A DNA stretch of 64,000 nt from an uncultured Spirochaetota bacterium (GTDB lineage: Bacteria; Spirochaetota; Spirochaetia; SZUA-6; Fen-1364), in the NCBI GenBank assembly GCA_963845535.1, contig CAWJSK010000021.1, positions 64,001 through 128,000 of the forward strand, read 5' to 3'. The notes under the pieces were generated by a model. It was not told the origin of the DNA, searched no databases, and worked only from the letters and a program-made list of their open reading frames with translations. Each line of letters starts with the position of its first letter. Within the stretch, counting starts at the first letter, position 1. Made by a program: the position numbers and the translations under genes. This document shows, one piece after another, positions 21,441 through 30,957 of the stretch.

Positions 21441-22655
21441 TCACACCGCCTCCTTGAGAGGGATCTCGCTCAGCACGAGGAAACCAAAAGGCGTGTTCTC
21501 CGCTTTCATGGTGCCTCCGATGTGGGCAAGCCGCTCCGCCATGCCGGACAAGCCGATACCGGGAATGATCTCCTTCGATCCGACGCCGTTGTCGGAAATG
21601 CTCAGCCGAAGCACCGCCCCGACGATCCAGAAATTGACCGTGATTTCGGTGGCGTTCCCGTGGCGCAGGGCGTTCGTAAGGCATTCCTGCGCCATCCGGT
21701 ATACCACGTCATCCACGCGGGCGCCGAGTGAGTCGGGCGCGTTGCCGAAGTTCAGCCTTACCGCCACCTTGGTAGCCCTCTCGAAGATCCGTGCCACCTC
21801 GGTGACCCTGCCCAGGCCGCTTGCCCTGACCTCGGAGACCGCGCGCAGGTTGTGCATTGCCCTGCGGGTCTCCAGGAGACCTCGCTGGGCCTGGTCCCGG
21901 GATTTCACCAGGAGCTCCTCTAGTCCGAAGCTGTCCCTGCTGACGAGGTCCGTGGCCGCCTCCATCATCATCTGGATGTTGGTGAGTGTGTACCCGACAA
22001 TATCATGGATCTCACCCGTTATGCGCTTGCGCTCCTGCTCCTGAGTTTCCCGCTGAACCCGGGTGGCCAGCTCCTGGAAATCGAGGTTCGCCTCCGAGAG
22101 CGCGCGCACCGTGCCGTCAATGCGCAGCAGCTCCTCATCCTGGCGCCTGATCTTCTGCCCGCGGCTTCCCACCATCCCCACGAGCCACGTGAGGAAAAGA
22201 AAATACGTCCCCAGGAGGGCCGCTTCGAGGGGCGGCGCCCCCGGGACGGGCGTTCCCCATGCCACGAGCGGCCAGTGGCTGGCCGGGACTGCCGTCGAAT
22301 AGACAACGCAGAGGATGGACACCGCTCCGCCCTTCAGCTCGGTCATTGCAAGGAAGATGAACACCGTCCCGAGGATCCCCGCAACCGCCAGGTCGGTTCC
22401 CAGCGGAACGCCCAGCACGACCTCGATGAGCATCACGGAGACGAGCGCAATCAGCCGATGCGAATCCCGGGGCAGCCTCCGCAGGCCAAGGAGGATGACC
22501 GTGGCCAGGGAAAGCAGGATGAAGAACTGGGGAAACCAGATGGATCGCAACGGCGAGCGGAAAGAAAGCAAAAACGTCAGTGCCGCTATCCCGTGGCCTG
22601 CAAGAACGGTGACAAGACCGGGTGCGCGAACCGCAATCCACATTCGTGTCCGCAT
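21441..22655 (-). CDS. HisKA_3 membrane sensor histidine kinase
   Basis: Several TM helices, no large extracytoplasmic domain; ERKRITGEIHD, QECLTNALRH, DNGVG, GIGLSGM. Confidence 0.92.
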   Translation of the reverse strand: MRTRMWIAVRAPGLVTVLAGHGIAALTFLLSFRSPLRSIWFPQFFILLSLATVILLGLRRLPRDSHRLIALVSVMLIEVVLGVPLGTDLAVAGILGTVFIFLAMTELKGGAVSILCVVYSTAVPASHWPLVAWGTPVPGAPPLEAALLGTYFLFLTWLVGMVGSRGQKIRRQDEELLRIDGTVRALSEANLDFQELATRVQRETQEQERKRITGEIHDIVGYTLTNIQMMMEAATDLVSRDSFGLEELLVKSRDQAQRGLLETRRAMHNLRAVSEVRASGLGRVTEVARIFERATKVAVRLNFGNAPDSLGARVDDVVYRMAQECLTNALRHGNATEITVNFWIVGAVLRLSISDNGVGSKEIIPGIGLSGMAERLAHIGGTMKAENTPFGFLVLSEIPLKEAV

Positions 22656-22698
22656 ACGGCGCTCAGAGTCCAGCAGGGTGAAGATACCATGGCGCCGG

Positions 22699-22768
22699 GT
22701 ACTAGTACAATTCCTGCTATTTTCGGTACCCCGGTAACTTCCCGGCACACGAAGCCCGTTGCTACTAT
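22699..22768 (+). promoter_or_regulatory. Candidate response-regulator site and extended -10 of the right polyol operon
   Basis: GTACTAGTAC-N17-GTACCCCGGTAACTTCC-N20-TACTAT, preceded by TGC. Confidence 0.75.
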
Positions 22769-22820
22769 CACGCCGGGCAGGACGGCAACGCCTGCACTAC
22801 GTCTGTTTCGGAGGAACTCC

Positions 22821-24182
22821 ATGAAGAGAAGGGTCTTTCTCCTCGTAACTCTCTTTGTCATGGCGGCATTCACCGTTCCTGTGATGATGGCGGCCGCGCA
22901 GGCGCCCACCACCACGATCACGGTGGCTGTCGTCAACAACCCTGACCAGCGGAGGCTGCTCGAGCTCTCCGACAAGTTCCAGGCGGAGCATCCCAACATC
23001 AAACTGTCCTTTGTCATGCTCCCTGAGAACGAGCTTCGTGACCGCGTAACCACGGACATCACCACCAAGGCCGGTTCGTTCGATATCGTGCAGATCGGCA
23101 CCTATGAAACGCCGATCTTCGGAAAGAACGGATGGCTTTCCTCGCTGGATGACCTGATGGCGCAGTATCCGGGCAACGTCCAGCCCAACTACAACGTGGA
23201 TGACCTGATCAAAGGAATCCGCCTCGGCCTGTCCAACGACGGGAAGCTCTATGCGGCCCCGTTCTACGGCGAGTCGAGCATGCTGTTCTACAACAAAAAG
23301 ATGTTTGCCGCCGCCGGGCTGAAGATGCCGGCTGAGCCCACCTGGGACCAGATCCGGGAGTTCGCCCGCAAGCTGCACAATCCCGCCAAGAAGCAGTACG
23401 GCATTGCGCTTCGCGGTCTGCCTGGCTGGGGAGAAGTGATGGCGCCGCTCGACACGGTGATCAATACGTTCGGGGGGAAGTGGTTCGACATGAACTGGCA
23501 GCCCCAGTTGACCTCACCGGAGTTCGAAGCGGCGGTGAGCTTCTACGTGAAGCTGCTCCAGGACTACGGAGTCCCCGGCGCTGCAAATAACGGCTTCTCC
23601 GAGAGCCTCACCATGATAGCTCAGGGACAGGCCGCCATGTGGGTGGACGCCACGGTTGCCGCGGGCTTCCTCGAGGATCCCAAGCAGTCGAAGGTGGTCG
23701 GCAACGTGGGCTTCGTCATGGCCCCGTATGAGAAGGTGAAGAAAGGCTACCACTGGCTGTGGAGCTGGGCGTATGCAATCCCGGCCACCAGCCAGCACCA
23801 GGCCGAAGCGCTGCAGTTCCTCACCTGGTGCACGAGCAAGGACTACATCGACCTCGTGGGGAAGACCTACGGTTGGGCAACCGTCCCGCCCGGGACGCGC
23901 TATTCCACCTACAAGAACCCCAACTACATCAAGGCGGCCAAAGCGTTTGCTGACGTGACGCTGAAGTCCATTGAATCAGCGGACCCGACCGACGCCACCC
24001 AGGACAAGGTCCCGTACACCGGCGTGCAGTTCGTCGGCATCCCCGAGTTCCAGGGATTCGGGACCGATGTGTCCAAGCAGATTTCCGCGGCCATTGCCGG
24101 TACGCAGACCGTGGAGCAGGCTCTGGCGACAAGCCAGGACATCGTCACGAAGGCAATGACGGACGCCGGCTACATCAAGTAG
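22821..24182 (+). CDS. smoE: Polyol (sorbitol/mannitol-type) ABC substrate-binding protein, paralogue 2
   Basis: GGAGG SD, signal peptide MKRRVFLL; VNNPDQ, ENELRDRVTTDI, PFYGESS, WVDATVAA, VPYTGVQFVGIPEFQ. Confidence 0.88.
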   Translation: MKRRVFLLVTLFVMAAFTVPVMMAAAQAPTTTITVAVVNNPDQRRLLELSDKFQAEHPNIKLSFVMLPENELRDRVTTDITTKAGSFDIVQIGTYETPIFGKNGWLSSLDDLMAQYPGNVQPNYNVDDLIKGIRLGLSNDGKLYAAPFYGESSMLFYNKKMFAAAGLKMPAEPTWDQIREFARKLHNPAKKQYGIALRGLPGWGEVMAPLDTVINTFGGKWFDMNWQPQLTSPEFEAAVSFYVKLLQDYGVPGAANNGFSESLTMIAQGQAAMWVDATVAAGFLEDPKQSKVVGNVGFVMAPYEKVKKGYHWLWSWAYAIPATSQHQAEALQFLTWCTSKDYIDLVGKTYGWATVPPGTRYSTYKNPNYIKAAKAFADVTLKSIESADPTDATQDKVPYTGVQFVGIPEFQGFGTDVSKQISAAIAGTQTVEQALATSQDIVTKAMTDAGYIK

Positions 24183-24210
24183 AGAACGCGGACCTTCGAT
24201 CTCTCGAAAT

Positions 24211-24236
24211 CGCCTCTGTCCGTTCGGACAGAGGCG
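24211..24236 (+). terminator. Stem-loop between SBP and permease genes (mRNA stabiliser or partial terminator)
   Basis: Inverted repeat CGCCTCTGTCCG-TT-CGGACAGAGGCG. Confidence 0.65.
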
Positions 24237-24265
24237 GGCTTTCCGGCTTTCGCGTGGGGAGTGCC

Positions 24266-25156
24266 ATGAGCGATGTGAGAACACAAAAGAATGCCCATCC
24301 CTGGCTGCTGCGCCCGGCGATCATCTACCTGATCGTCCTTACCCAGACGCCGGTCCTCCTGACGCTGTACTACAGCCTGACGAACTGGAACTTCCTCCGT
24401 CCTGACAGACCGGCGCGGTTCATCGGGCTGGAGAACTACCTGGACTTTTTCACGGCCTATGACACCGGGCGAATCATGCTCAACACGCTCGTTTTCTCCG
24501 TGGCCGTCGTTGTGCTTTCCCTCGTCTTCGGCATGTGCCTGGCGCTCCTTTTGTCCCGAGAGTTCTTCGGGCGCAACTTTGCCCGCACGTTGATGATCAC
24601 TCCCTTTCTCATCATGCCCACCGTGTCCGCCGTCATGTGGAAGAACATGCTGTTCAATCCCGCCTTCGGACTGATCAGCTCCACGCTCGCTGCGCTGGGC
24701 GGTCCCCGGATAGACTGGATAAACCAATACGCCCTGCCGTCCATCATCGTGATCGTCACCTGGGAATGGACGCCGTTCATGATGCTGATCCTGCTCTCCG
24801 GTCTGCAGTCCCTGCAGAAAGAGCACCTGGAGGCGGCCCAGATCGACGGCGCGGGGCCCCTAGCGACCTTCCGCAGCATCATTGTGCCGCATCTGGGCCG
24901 CTACATCGAGATCGGCGTGCTCCTGGAAACCCTGTTCGTCCTCAACATATTCGGGGAAATATTCACCACCACGACGGGAGGGCCGGCCAACTACACCACG
25001 ACGCTCACCTTCAACATCTACCTGGAGGCGTTCAAGAGGTGGAACGTGGGGCGCGCCAGCGCGTACGCCGTGATTGCCGTGATCTTTGCCAACATCATCA
25101 CGCTGCTGTTCCTGCGCATCCTGCGCCGCCAGGGCGGAAACGGGGAGGCGGCATGA
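24266..25156 (+). CDS. smoF: Polyol ABC permease
   Basis: FIGLENY, WEWTPF, EAAQIDGA. Confidence 0.88.
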   Translation: MSDVRTQKNAHPWLLRPAIIYLIVLTQTPVLLTLYYSLTNWNFLRPDRPARFIGLENYLDFFTAYDTGRIMLNTLVFSVAVVVLSLVFGMCLALLLSREFFGRNFARTLMITPFLIMPTVSAVMWKNMLFNPAFGLISSTLAALGGPRIDWINQYALPSIIVIVTWEWTPFMMLILLSGLQSLQKEHLEAAQIDGAGPLATFRSIIVPHLGRYIEIGVLLETLFVLNIFGEIFTTTTGGPANYTTTLTFNIYLEAFKRWNVGRASAYAVIAVIFANIITLLFLRILRRQGGNGEAA

Positions 25157-25977
25157 AAGGCCACAGGCGTGCGCTCGGCCGGTTCCTTTCCATCCTCACC
25201 GTCGTCCTGGCAATCCTCATATTCTTCCCCATCTTCTGGATGATCCTCACGTCGTTCAAGTCCGAGGCTGACGCGTTCACGTTCCCGCCCCCGCTTTTCT
25301 TCCGTCCCACCCTGGACCAGTACGACGTTGCCCTGGGCCAATCGGGATATTTCCACTATCTGCTGAACACGGTGATCATCACGGGATTCTCCACGCTGAT
25401 TGCCATTCTCCTCGGCGTTCCGGCGGCGTACAAGCTGGCCTACTACCCCACGAAGCGCAGCAACTTCACGCTGATGTGGGTCATGTCGACGCGCATGCTC
25501 CCCGCCGTCGGCGTGATCGTTCCCCTCTACATCATCTTCAAGGTCCTGCACTGGTTCGACACCTACCACGGTCTCATTGTCCTGTACACGGCCGTCAACC
25601 TGCCCCTTGTGGTCTGGATGATGAGATCCTTTCTCCAAGATCTCCCCTATGAGACCATTGAAGCATCACGGATCGACGGGGCCAGCCTATGGCAGGAGCT
25701 CATGTTGGTGATGCTCCCCATGGCCCTGCCGGGGCTCGTGTCCACCGTGCTCCTCTGCCTCATCTTCACCTGGAACGAGTTCTTTGTCGCCTTCAACCTG
25801 ACCATCACCAAGGTCCCACCGCTCACCGTGTACATCGTGGGCTTCAAGACCTCGGAAGGCCTGTTCTGGGCCAAGATGTCCGCCGCGGCCACCGTGTCCG
25901 CGCTCCCGGTCATCATTGCCGGTTGGGTGGCGCAGAGGCAGATGGTGCGCGGATTGACGGCAGGAGCAATCAAGTAG
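25153..25977 (+). CDS. smoG: Polyol ABC permease
   Basis: ATGA overlap with smoF; WMILTSFK, EASRIDGA, WNEFF, GLFWAKMSAA. Confidence 0.88.
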   Translation: MKGHRRALGRFLSILTVVLAILIFFPIFWMILTSFKSEADAFTFPPPLFFRPTLDQYDVALGQSGYFHYLLNTVIITGFSTLIAILLGVPAAYKLAYYPTKRSNFTLMWVMSTRMLPAVGVIVPLYIIFKVLHWFDTYHGLIVLYTAVNLPLVVWMMRSFLQDLPYETIEASRIDGASLWQELMLVMLPMALPGLVSTVLLCLIFTWNEFFVAFNLTITKVPPLTVYIVGFKTSEGLFWAKMSAAATVSALPVIIAGWVAQRQMVRGLTAGAIK

Positions 25978-26051
25978 CGGGGGAGCCCTGGCCGAATGGC
26001 TGGTCCGCGCCGGCTGACCCGCGGGGCGGTCGGGTAGTACATTGTACTGTC

Positions 26052-27826
26052 ATGAAACTGCTCTTCACGTATCTCAGGCCCTTTCGGGGGATGATTGTCC
26101 TTGCCATAGTCCTTGCCATCATCAACCAGGTCTTCTCCCTCCTGGACCCGCAGATCTTCCGCATCATCGTGGACAAATATGTCACCCACATCGGAAGCAT
26201 TCCGCGCGCGGACTTCATCCGCGGCGTCGGGCTCCTTGTCCTTGGGTTCGTGGGCGTGGCCATGGTCAGCAGGCTTGCAAAGAACTTCCAGGACTACTTC
26301 ATCAACGTGGCCTCCCAGTCCGTGGGCGCGCGGATGTACGCGGACGGCGTGGCGCATTCCATGCGCCTCCCCTACCGCGCGTTCGAGGACCAGCAGAGCG
26401 GAGCCGTGCTGCAGCAGCTCCAGAAAGCGCGCACGGACAGCCGCGACATGATAGGCCAGGCCATCAATTCGATCTTCGTTTCCGCCCTCACCTTCCTCCT
26501 CGTCCTGGGCTACTCGTTCTTCGTGCACTGGTCCATCGCCGTGGCGCTCATCATCATGGCGCCCTTCCTCGGCGGCCTTCTTTCCGTCCTGGGGCGCAGG
26601 ATCAAGGCGGTGCAGACCCGCATCTTCGGAGAGACGAACGCATTGTCAGGCTCCACAACGGAAAGCCTCCGCAACATCGAGCTGATCAAGAGCCTGGGCC
26701 TGGAGACGCAGGAAATCGAAAGGCTCAACTCGGCCAACCAAAAGATCCTGGACCTGGAGCTGGCCAAGGTGAAAACCGTGCGGATGCTCATGTTCTCCCA
26801 GGGAACCGCGCTCAACTTCTCCCGCGCCGTCCTGATACTGCTCATGCTCGTCCTGATCTCCATGAAGCTCATCACCCTGGGAGAGTTCTTCTCCCTCATG
26901 ATGTATTCGTTCTTCGTGTTCGGGCCCCTTGGTGAGATCGGGGCCGTGATCGCGAAGTACCAGGAGACGCGGGCCAGCCTGGAGAATCTCCAGAAGATCA
27001 TGGCGCAGGAGCCTGCGCCGCGCAACCCGGACGGCGTGGTCCCTGACGGAATCGAATCACTGGAGTTTTCGCGCGTCACCTACCGGCATCCCGGCGCGCG
27101 GAGCCGGCCCTTGCAAACGTGTCTTTCGAGGCGCGCGCAGGAGAAAGCGTCGCCTTTGTCGGCCCTTCGGGGGCGGGCAAGAGCACGCTCATCAAGCTCC
27201 TCCTGGGGCTGTACCAGCCGGATGCGGGGCGGATCCTCTTCAACGGGATCGACTCCCGAGAGGTGAACTACGACAAGCTTCGGGGGAGGGTGGGCTTCGT
27301 GCCGCAGGCCATCGAGCTCTTTGCCGGCACCATCCGCGACAACCTGAAGTTTGCGCGGCGGGACGCCACGGACGCCGCATGCGTCCAGAGCCTGCGCGCG
27401 GCGCAGCTCCATGGGCTCCTCGAGCGAAGCCGCCAGGGGCTGGACACCCGCATTGGCGAAGGGGGGCTGAAGCTTTCCGGCGGGGAACGGCAGCGTCTGG
27501 CCATCGCCCGGGCGCTGCTGCGGGAACCGGACATCCTGATCTTTGACGAAGCCACGAGCTCGCTGGACACGGAGACGGAGAAGGAGATCACGCGGACAAT
27601 CGATGAGATCATCCGGACCCGTCCGCGGTTTGTCACGCTTCTGATTGCGCACCGGCTGTCCACGGTAGCCGAGGCGGACCGCATTGTCGTACTGAAGAAG
27701 GGACAGGTCGTTGAGCAAGGCTCCCACCAGGAGCTTCTGCGGCTCGGCGGCCTGTATTACACTCTGTGGCAGCAGCAGGGACTCGAAGGAGAAGACAGGG
27801 AGCCTGTCGCGGCAGCGGCGGGCTGA
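26052..27826 (+). CDS. ABC exporter (fused TMD + NBD), read across a -1 frameshift at ~27096-27100
   Basis: TM domain, then GPSGAGKST, LSGGERQR, FDEATSSLD, IAHRLST in the next frame. Confidence 0.9.
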
Positions 27827-27845
27827 TGACATCCGGGAGGAACAC

Positions 27846-28955
27846 ATGGAAAAGCGGAAACTGGGAAAGACAGGGCTCGAGCTCTCCGTTCTGGGATTCG
27901 GCGGCTTTCACCTCGTGGAGATTGATGCCGCGGAAGCGGCGCACCTCCTGGGAGCGTACCTGGATGCCGGCGGCAACTACCTGGAGACGGCGGCAAGCTA
28001 CGGTGACGGTATTTCAGAGACGAAGATCGGCAGAGCGGTCTCCCATCGAAGGGCGGATTTCTTCCTGGCAACCAAGTCAACGCAGAGGACGCGCGCGGGC
28101 TTTTCCGCGGAGCTTGACCAGAGCCTCCGCAACCTCAAGACGGACCACGTGGATGTGATTTTCATCCATGCGCTCCAGAAACGGGAGGAAGCGGAACAGG
28201 TCCTTGCCCCGGGAGGCGCGCTGGAGGCGGCGGCCGCGGCGCAGAAAAGCGGAAAGGCCAGGTTCATAGCGGTGAGCTTCCACGGCCGGCCTGACGCCGG
28301 GCTGTATGCGTTGGAGCGCTTTCCTTTTGACGTCCTGATGACCGGGTTCAATTACTTCGACCGGTTCAACTACCCGAACGTGGAAAGCACGCTCCTTCCC
28401 ACGTGCCTCGGGAAGGGAATCGGCGTGCTTGCCATGAAATCCATGGCTGACGGATACCTCTACCGCTCCCCGGCACCCGCGCTGCGCTACACTCTCAGCC
28501 TGCCCGTCACGACGGTTGTCGCGGGGATCAACTCCCGGCGCATGCTGGAGACGGACCTTCGGCTCGTGTCGGGGTTCAAGCCGATGTTGGACCGGGAAAG
28601 GGAAAAGCTCTTCCGAAGCGCCCCCGAGCTGGGTGACTATGTGTGCCGCCTGTGCGGCAAATGCAAGGTGAACGGGTTCGATCCGCAGACCGTATTCCTC
28701 CTGGAAGGACTGTATGACCGCCAGATGGATGACCTGCGCGTCACCGACACCGCCAACTACGCACTGCGGGAGAGACTGCGCAACTGGTTCCAACAGCAGG
28801 AGACGGCGCGTGACGAATATGCCATGCTTCCCCAGAAGGTGGACCCTCAGCGGAACTACACTGACCTGTCCCGCCTGTGTCCCTACGGGATCAACATTGA
28901 CCGGAAGCTGAAGATCGCACACCAGAAGCTTTCGAAGGATCGTTATATCGCCTGA
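27846..28955 (+). CDS. Aldo/keto reductase with C-terminal Fe-S-like Cys motifs
   Basis: MEKRKLGKTGLELSVLGFG, ETAASYG, LATK, SLRNLKTDHVD; CRLCGKC...CPYG. Confidence 0.88.
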   Translation: MEKRKLGKTGLELSVLGFGGFHLVEIDAAEAAHLLGAYLDAGGNYLETAASYGDGISETKIGRAVSHRRADFFLATKSTQRTRAGFSAELDQSLRNLKTDHVDVIFIHALQKREEAEQVLAPGGALEAAAAAQKSGKARFIAVSFHGRPDAGLYALERFPFDVLMTGFNYFDRFNYPNVESTLLPTCLGKGIGVLAMKSMADGYLYRSPAPALRYTLSLPVTTVVAGINSRRMLETDLRLVSGFKPMLDREREKLFRSAPELGDYVCRLCGKCKVNGFDPQTVFLLEGLYDRQMDDLRVTDTANYALRERLRNWFQQQETARDEYAMLPQKVDPQRNYTDLSRLCPYGINIDRKLKIAHQKLSKDRYIA

Positions 28956-28984
28956 ACGGCAGACAAAGAACAGGAGAAAAACGT

Positions 28985-29416
28985 ATGGCCAACGCCTATT
29001 CCGCACGCAACAAAGCTGAGCTGGACCATCTGAGGAAGGTCGTCGGGCATCTCACGGATGCCCAGCTATCCCTTCCCGCCGGCGGCCCTGGATGGACGGT
29101 AAGCGGGCTTCTTGCGCACGTCGCCTTCTGGGACCAGAGGGGCATCGTGCTGGCGCGCAGATGGAAAGCCGGCGGGAAGGGCAGCCCGTCCGGAGACGTG
29201 GATGTGCTCAATGACGCAATGAAGCCTTTCCTTCTTGCGCTGCCGCCGCGCAAGGCCGCCGAGCTTTCCCTGGAAGCGGCCCAGATCATCGACAAGGAAA
29301 TTGACTCCCTGGAACCGTCTCTGCTGGCGCGCGTGGAAGCTGACGGCCAGCCGCGCCTGGACAGGGCAAATCACCGGGCCCACCATCTGGAGCAGATCGA
29401 AAAAGCCATCGGATGA
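28985..29416 (+). CDS. DinB/MDMPI_N superfamily protein
   Basis: GWTVSGLLAHVAFWD and HRAHHLEQIE (His metal triad). Confidence 0.78.
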   Translation: MANAYSARNKAELDHLRKVVGHLTDAQLSLPAGGPGWTVSGLLAHVAFWDQRGIVLARRWKAGGKGSPSGDVDVLNDAMKPFLLALPPRKAAELSLEAAQIIDKEIDSLEPSLLARVEADGQPRLDRANHRAHHLEQIEKAIG

Positions 29417-30246
29417 GACGCCGCCCCGTCCCCGCGGATTCCCTTGAAAGCTGCCGCGCAATCATCATCGAAGCGGCCGGACAGGAGGCCGCGGAGGGGG
29501 TGGCGGGCGCCGCGCAGGACCTGGGCAGGCATTTCCGGCTGGTCCTTGCAGCGCCGGGAAAACGCGGGCCGCCGCGCGTCGTCCCGCCCCCTTTCCATGC
29601 ATGGATAGCGGCGGATTGCATCAGCTCCTACGTCCGGGAGAACGCCATTGAATGGTACGCGTCATGGCTCATTGGCAGTGCCCCTGACATCGGGTTTCAG
29701 GGCGCGCTTCGCGGGGGCTCCCCCGCAGAGGTCCAGGCAGCGTTGCGCGCAATCAGGCGCGCGGAGGCTCACTCACGGATCGTGATCGACTACGAACGGT
29801 TGGACCGCGTCACAGCCTCTCTGCGCAAGCGCAAGGGCCGGATCGTCTTCACAAACGGCGTCTTCGACCTCCTCCACGCAGGCCACCTGAGGCTGCTGGA
29901 GACGGCGCGCGCGCGAGGGGACGCCCTGATCGTGGCAATCAACAGTGATGACTCGACGCGAGCCATCAAGGGCCCAGGGCGGCCCGTCGTCCCCCAGTTT
30001 GCGCGCGCCGGGCTGCTTTCAAGCCTTCGTTGCGTGGATGCATGTTTCATCTTCCCGGAGGCTGACCCCGTGAAAGCCTTGGAAACTGTGAGGCCCGACG
30101 TGCTGGTCAAGGGAAGCGAGTACCCGCTGCGGAAGATCGTGGGCGCCAGGTTTGTGCTGAGCTACGGCGGAGAGGTGGTCCGCGTGCCCATGGTTGCCGG
30201 CTGGTCTACCACGTCCACCATCCGCGCGGTCCAAAGCACGCGCTGA
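29413..30246 (+). CDS. HldC/RfaE domain II-like nucleotidyltransferase with ~120-aa N-terminal extra domain
   Basis: FTNGVFDLLHAGH, NSDDS, KGPGRP, KGSEY, STT; ATGA overlap with the DinB gene. Confidence 0.85.
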   Translation: MRRRPVPADSLESCRAIIIEAAGQEAAEGVAGAAQDLGRHFRLVLAAPGKRGPPRVVPPPFHAWIAADCISSYVRENAIEWYASWLIGSAPDIGFQGALRGGSPAEVQAALRAIRRAEAHSRIVIDYERLDRVTASLRKRKGRIVFTNGVFDLLHAGHLRLLETARARGDALIVAINSDDSTRAIKGPGRPVVPQFARAGLLSSLRCVDACFIFPEADPVKALETVRPDVLVKGSEYPLRKIVGARFVLSYGGEVVRVPMVAGWSTTSTIRAVQSTR

Positions 30247-30304
30247 CGAGCGGGCTCTGGCGCGCTTCGCGCGGTGCGGGACACGCTCCGCGCGCCTGAG
30301 ACCG

Positions 30305-30919
30305 TTAGTCGTTACTGTAGCTGATGTTCAGGCGCGCCTCTCCGAGCACCTTGTCCTTGATTGCCTGGCGCAGCTCGTCGAGGCTGTAGCCCTTGGGAAG
30401 CCCCGTGGGGGCGGAAAGAGCGTACAGCGCGAGCCGGTAGACGTGGATCAGGCGCTTGCCGGTGTTCGGCGGGAAGTCCGCCGGCGGCTGCGGTCCTCGA
30501 TATCCGATCTGCCCGCCGCCATTCCTCCCCTGGACAAGGGAGGTCATGTCAACGGATGCGTTCGCGGGAAGGCCTCCCAGGGAAGGGTCGATGTCCGCGA
30601 CGGTCCAGTGGAGGAATGACGGGGCCTTGATCCCCCGAGCGGCCAGCACGAGCCGGGCGTCTGGGTCATCAAGGATCAGGGCCAGGGCCTTCGTCCCCGC
30701 GGGCACGTTGCTCCAGAAAAAAGGGAAGGAGCGGGGGTTGCCCGGACCGCTGGCCGCGGCGTACTGGGCGTCCAGGCGCCCAGCGGACGTGAGCCCGCTG
30801 TCGAAGCCCGTCTCGGAAGGTCCCGAAACCGCCGGGGAGCTCACCGTGAAGCTTTGTGCGCCGGCAAAGGAAGCGCTGACAAGGAGAAAGCCCAAACCTA
30901 TTTTGGATCCGATGTTCAT
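30305..30919 (-). CDS. YbhB/YbcL (PEBP) family secreted protein
   Basis: Signal peptide; LILDDPDA, FLHW, GYRGPQPP, HVYRLALYAL. Confidence 0.88.
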   Translation of the reverse strand: MNIGSKIGLGFLLVSASFAGAQSFTVSSPAVSGPSETGFDSGLTSAGRLDAQYAAASGPGNPRSFPFFWSNVPAGTKALALILDDPDARLVLAARGIKAPSFLHWTVADIDPSLGGLPANASVDMTSLVQGRNGGGQIGYRGPQPPADFPPNTGKRLIHVYRLALYALSAPTGLPKGYSLDELRQAIKDKVLGEARLNISYSND

Positions 30920-30957
30920 GGAACCTCCGCTTGAGAAAGAATACTCATCCGGAAGGC

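Noticed and set aside
22005..22820. Long N-terminal extensions in the ORF track (22005, 24535, 25689, 7637, 48239, 62389)
   Set aside because: Most overlap neighbouring genes or promoter regions; better starts are supported by SD, signal peptide or family N-termini
26052..27826. ATPase subunit for the polyol importers
   Set aside because: It is a fused TMD-NBD exporter, not a MalK/SmoK-type ATPase, and has its own candidate -10 box
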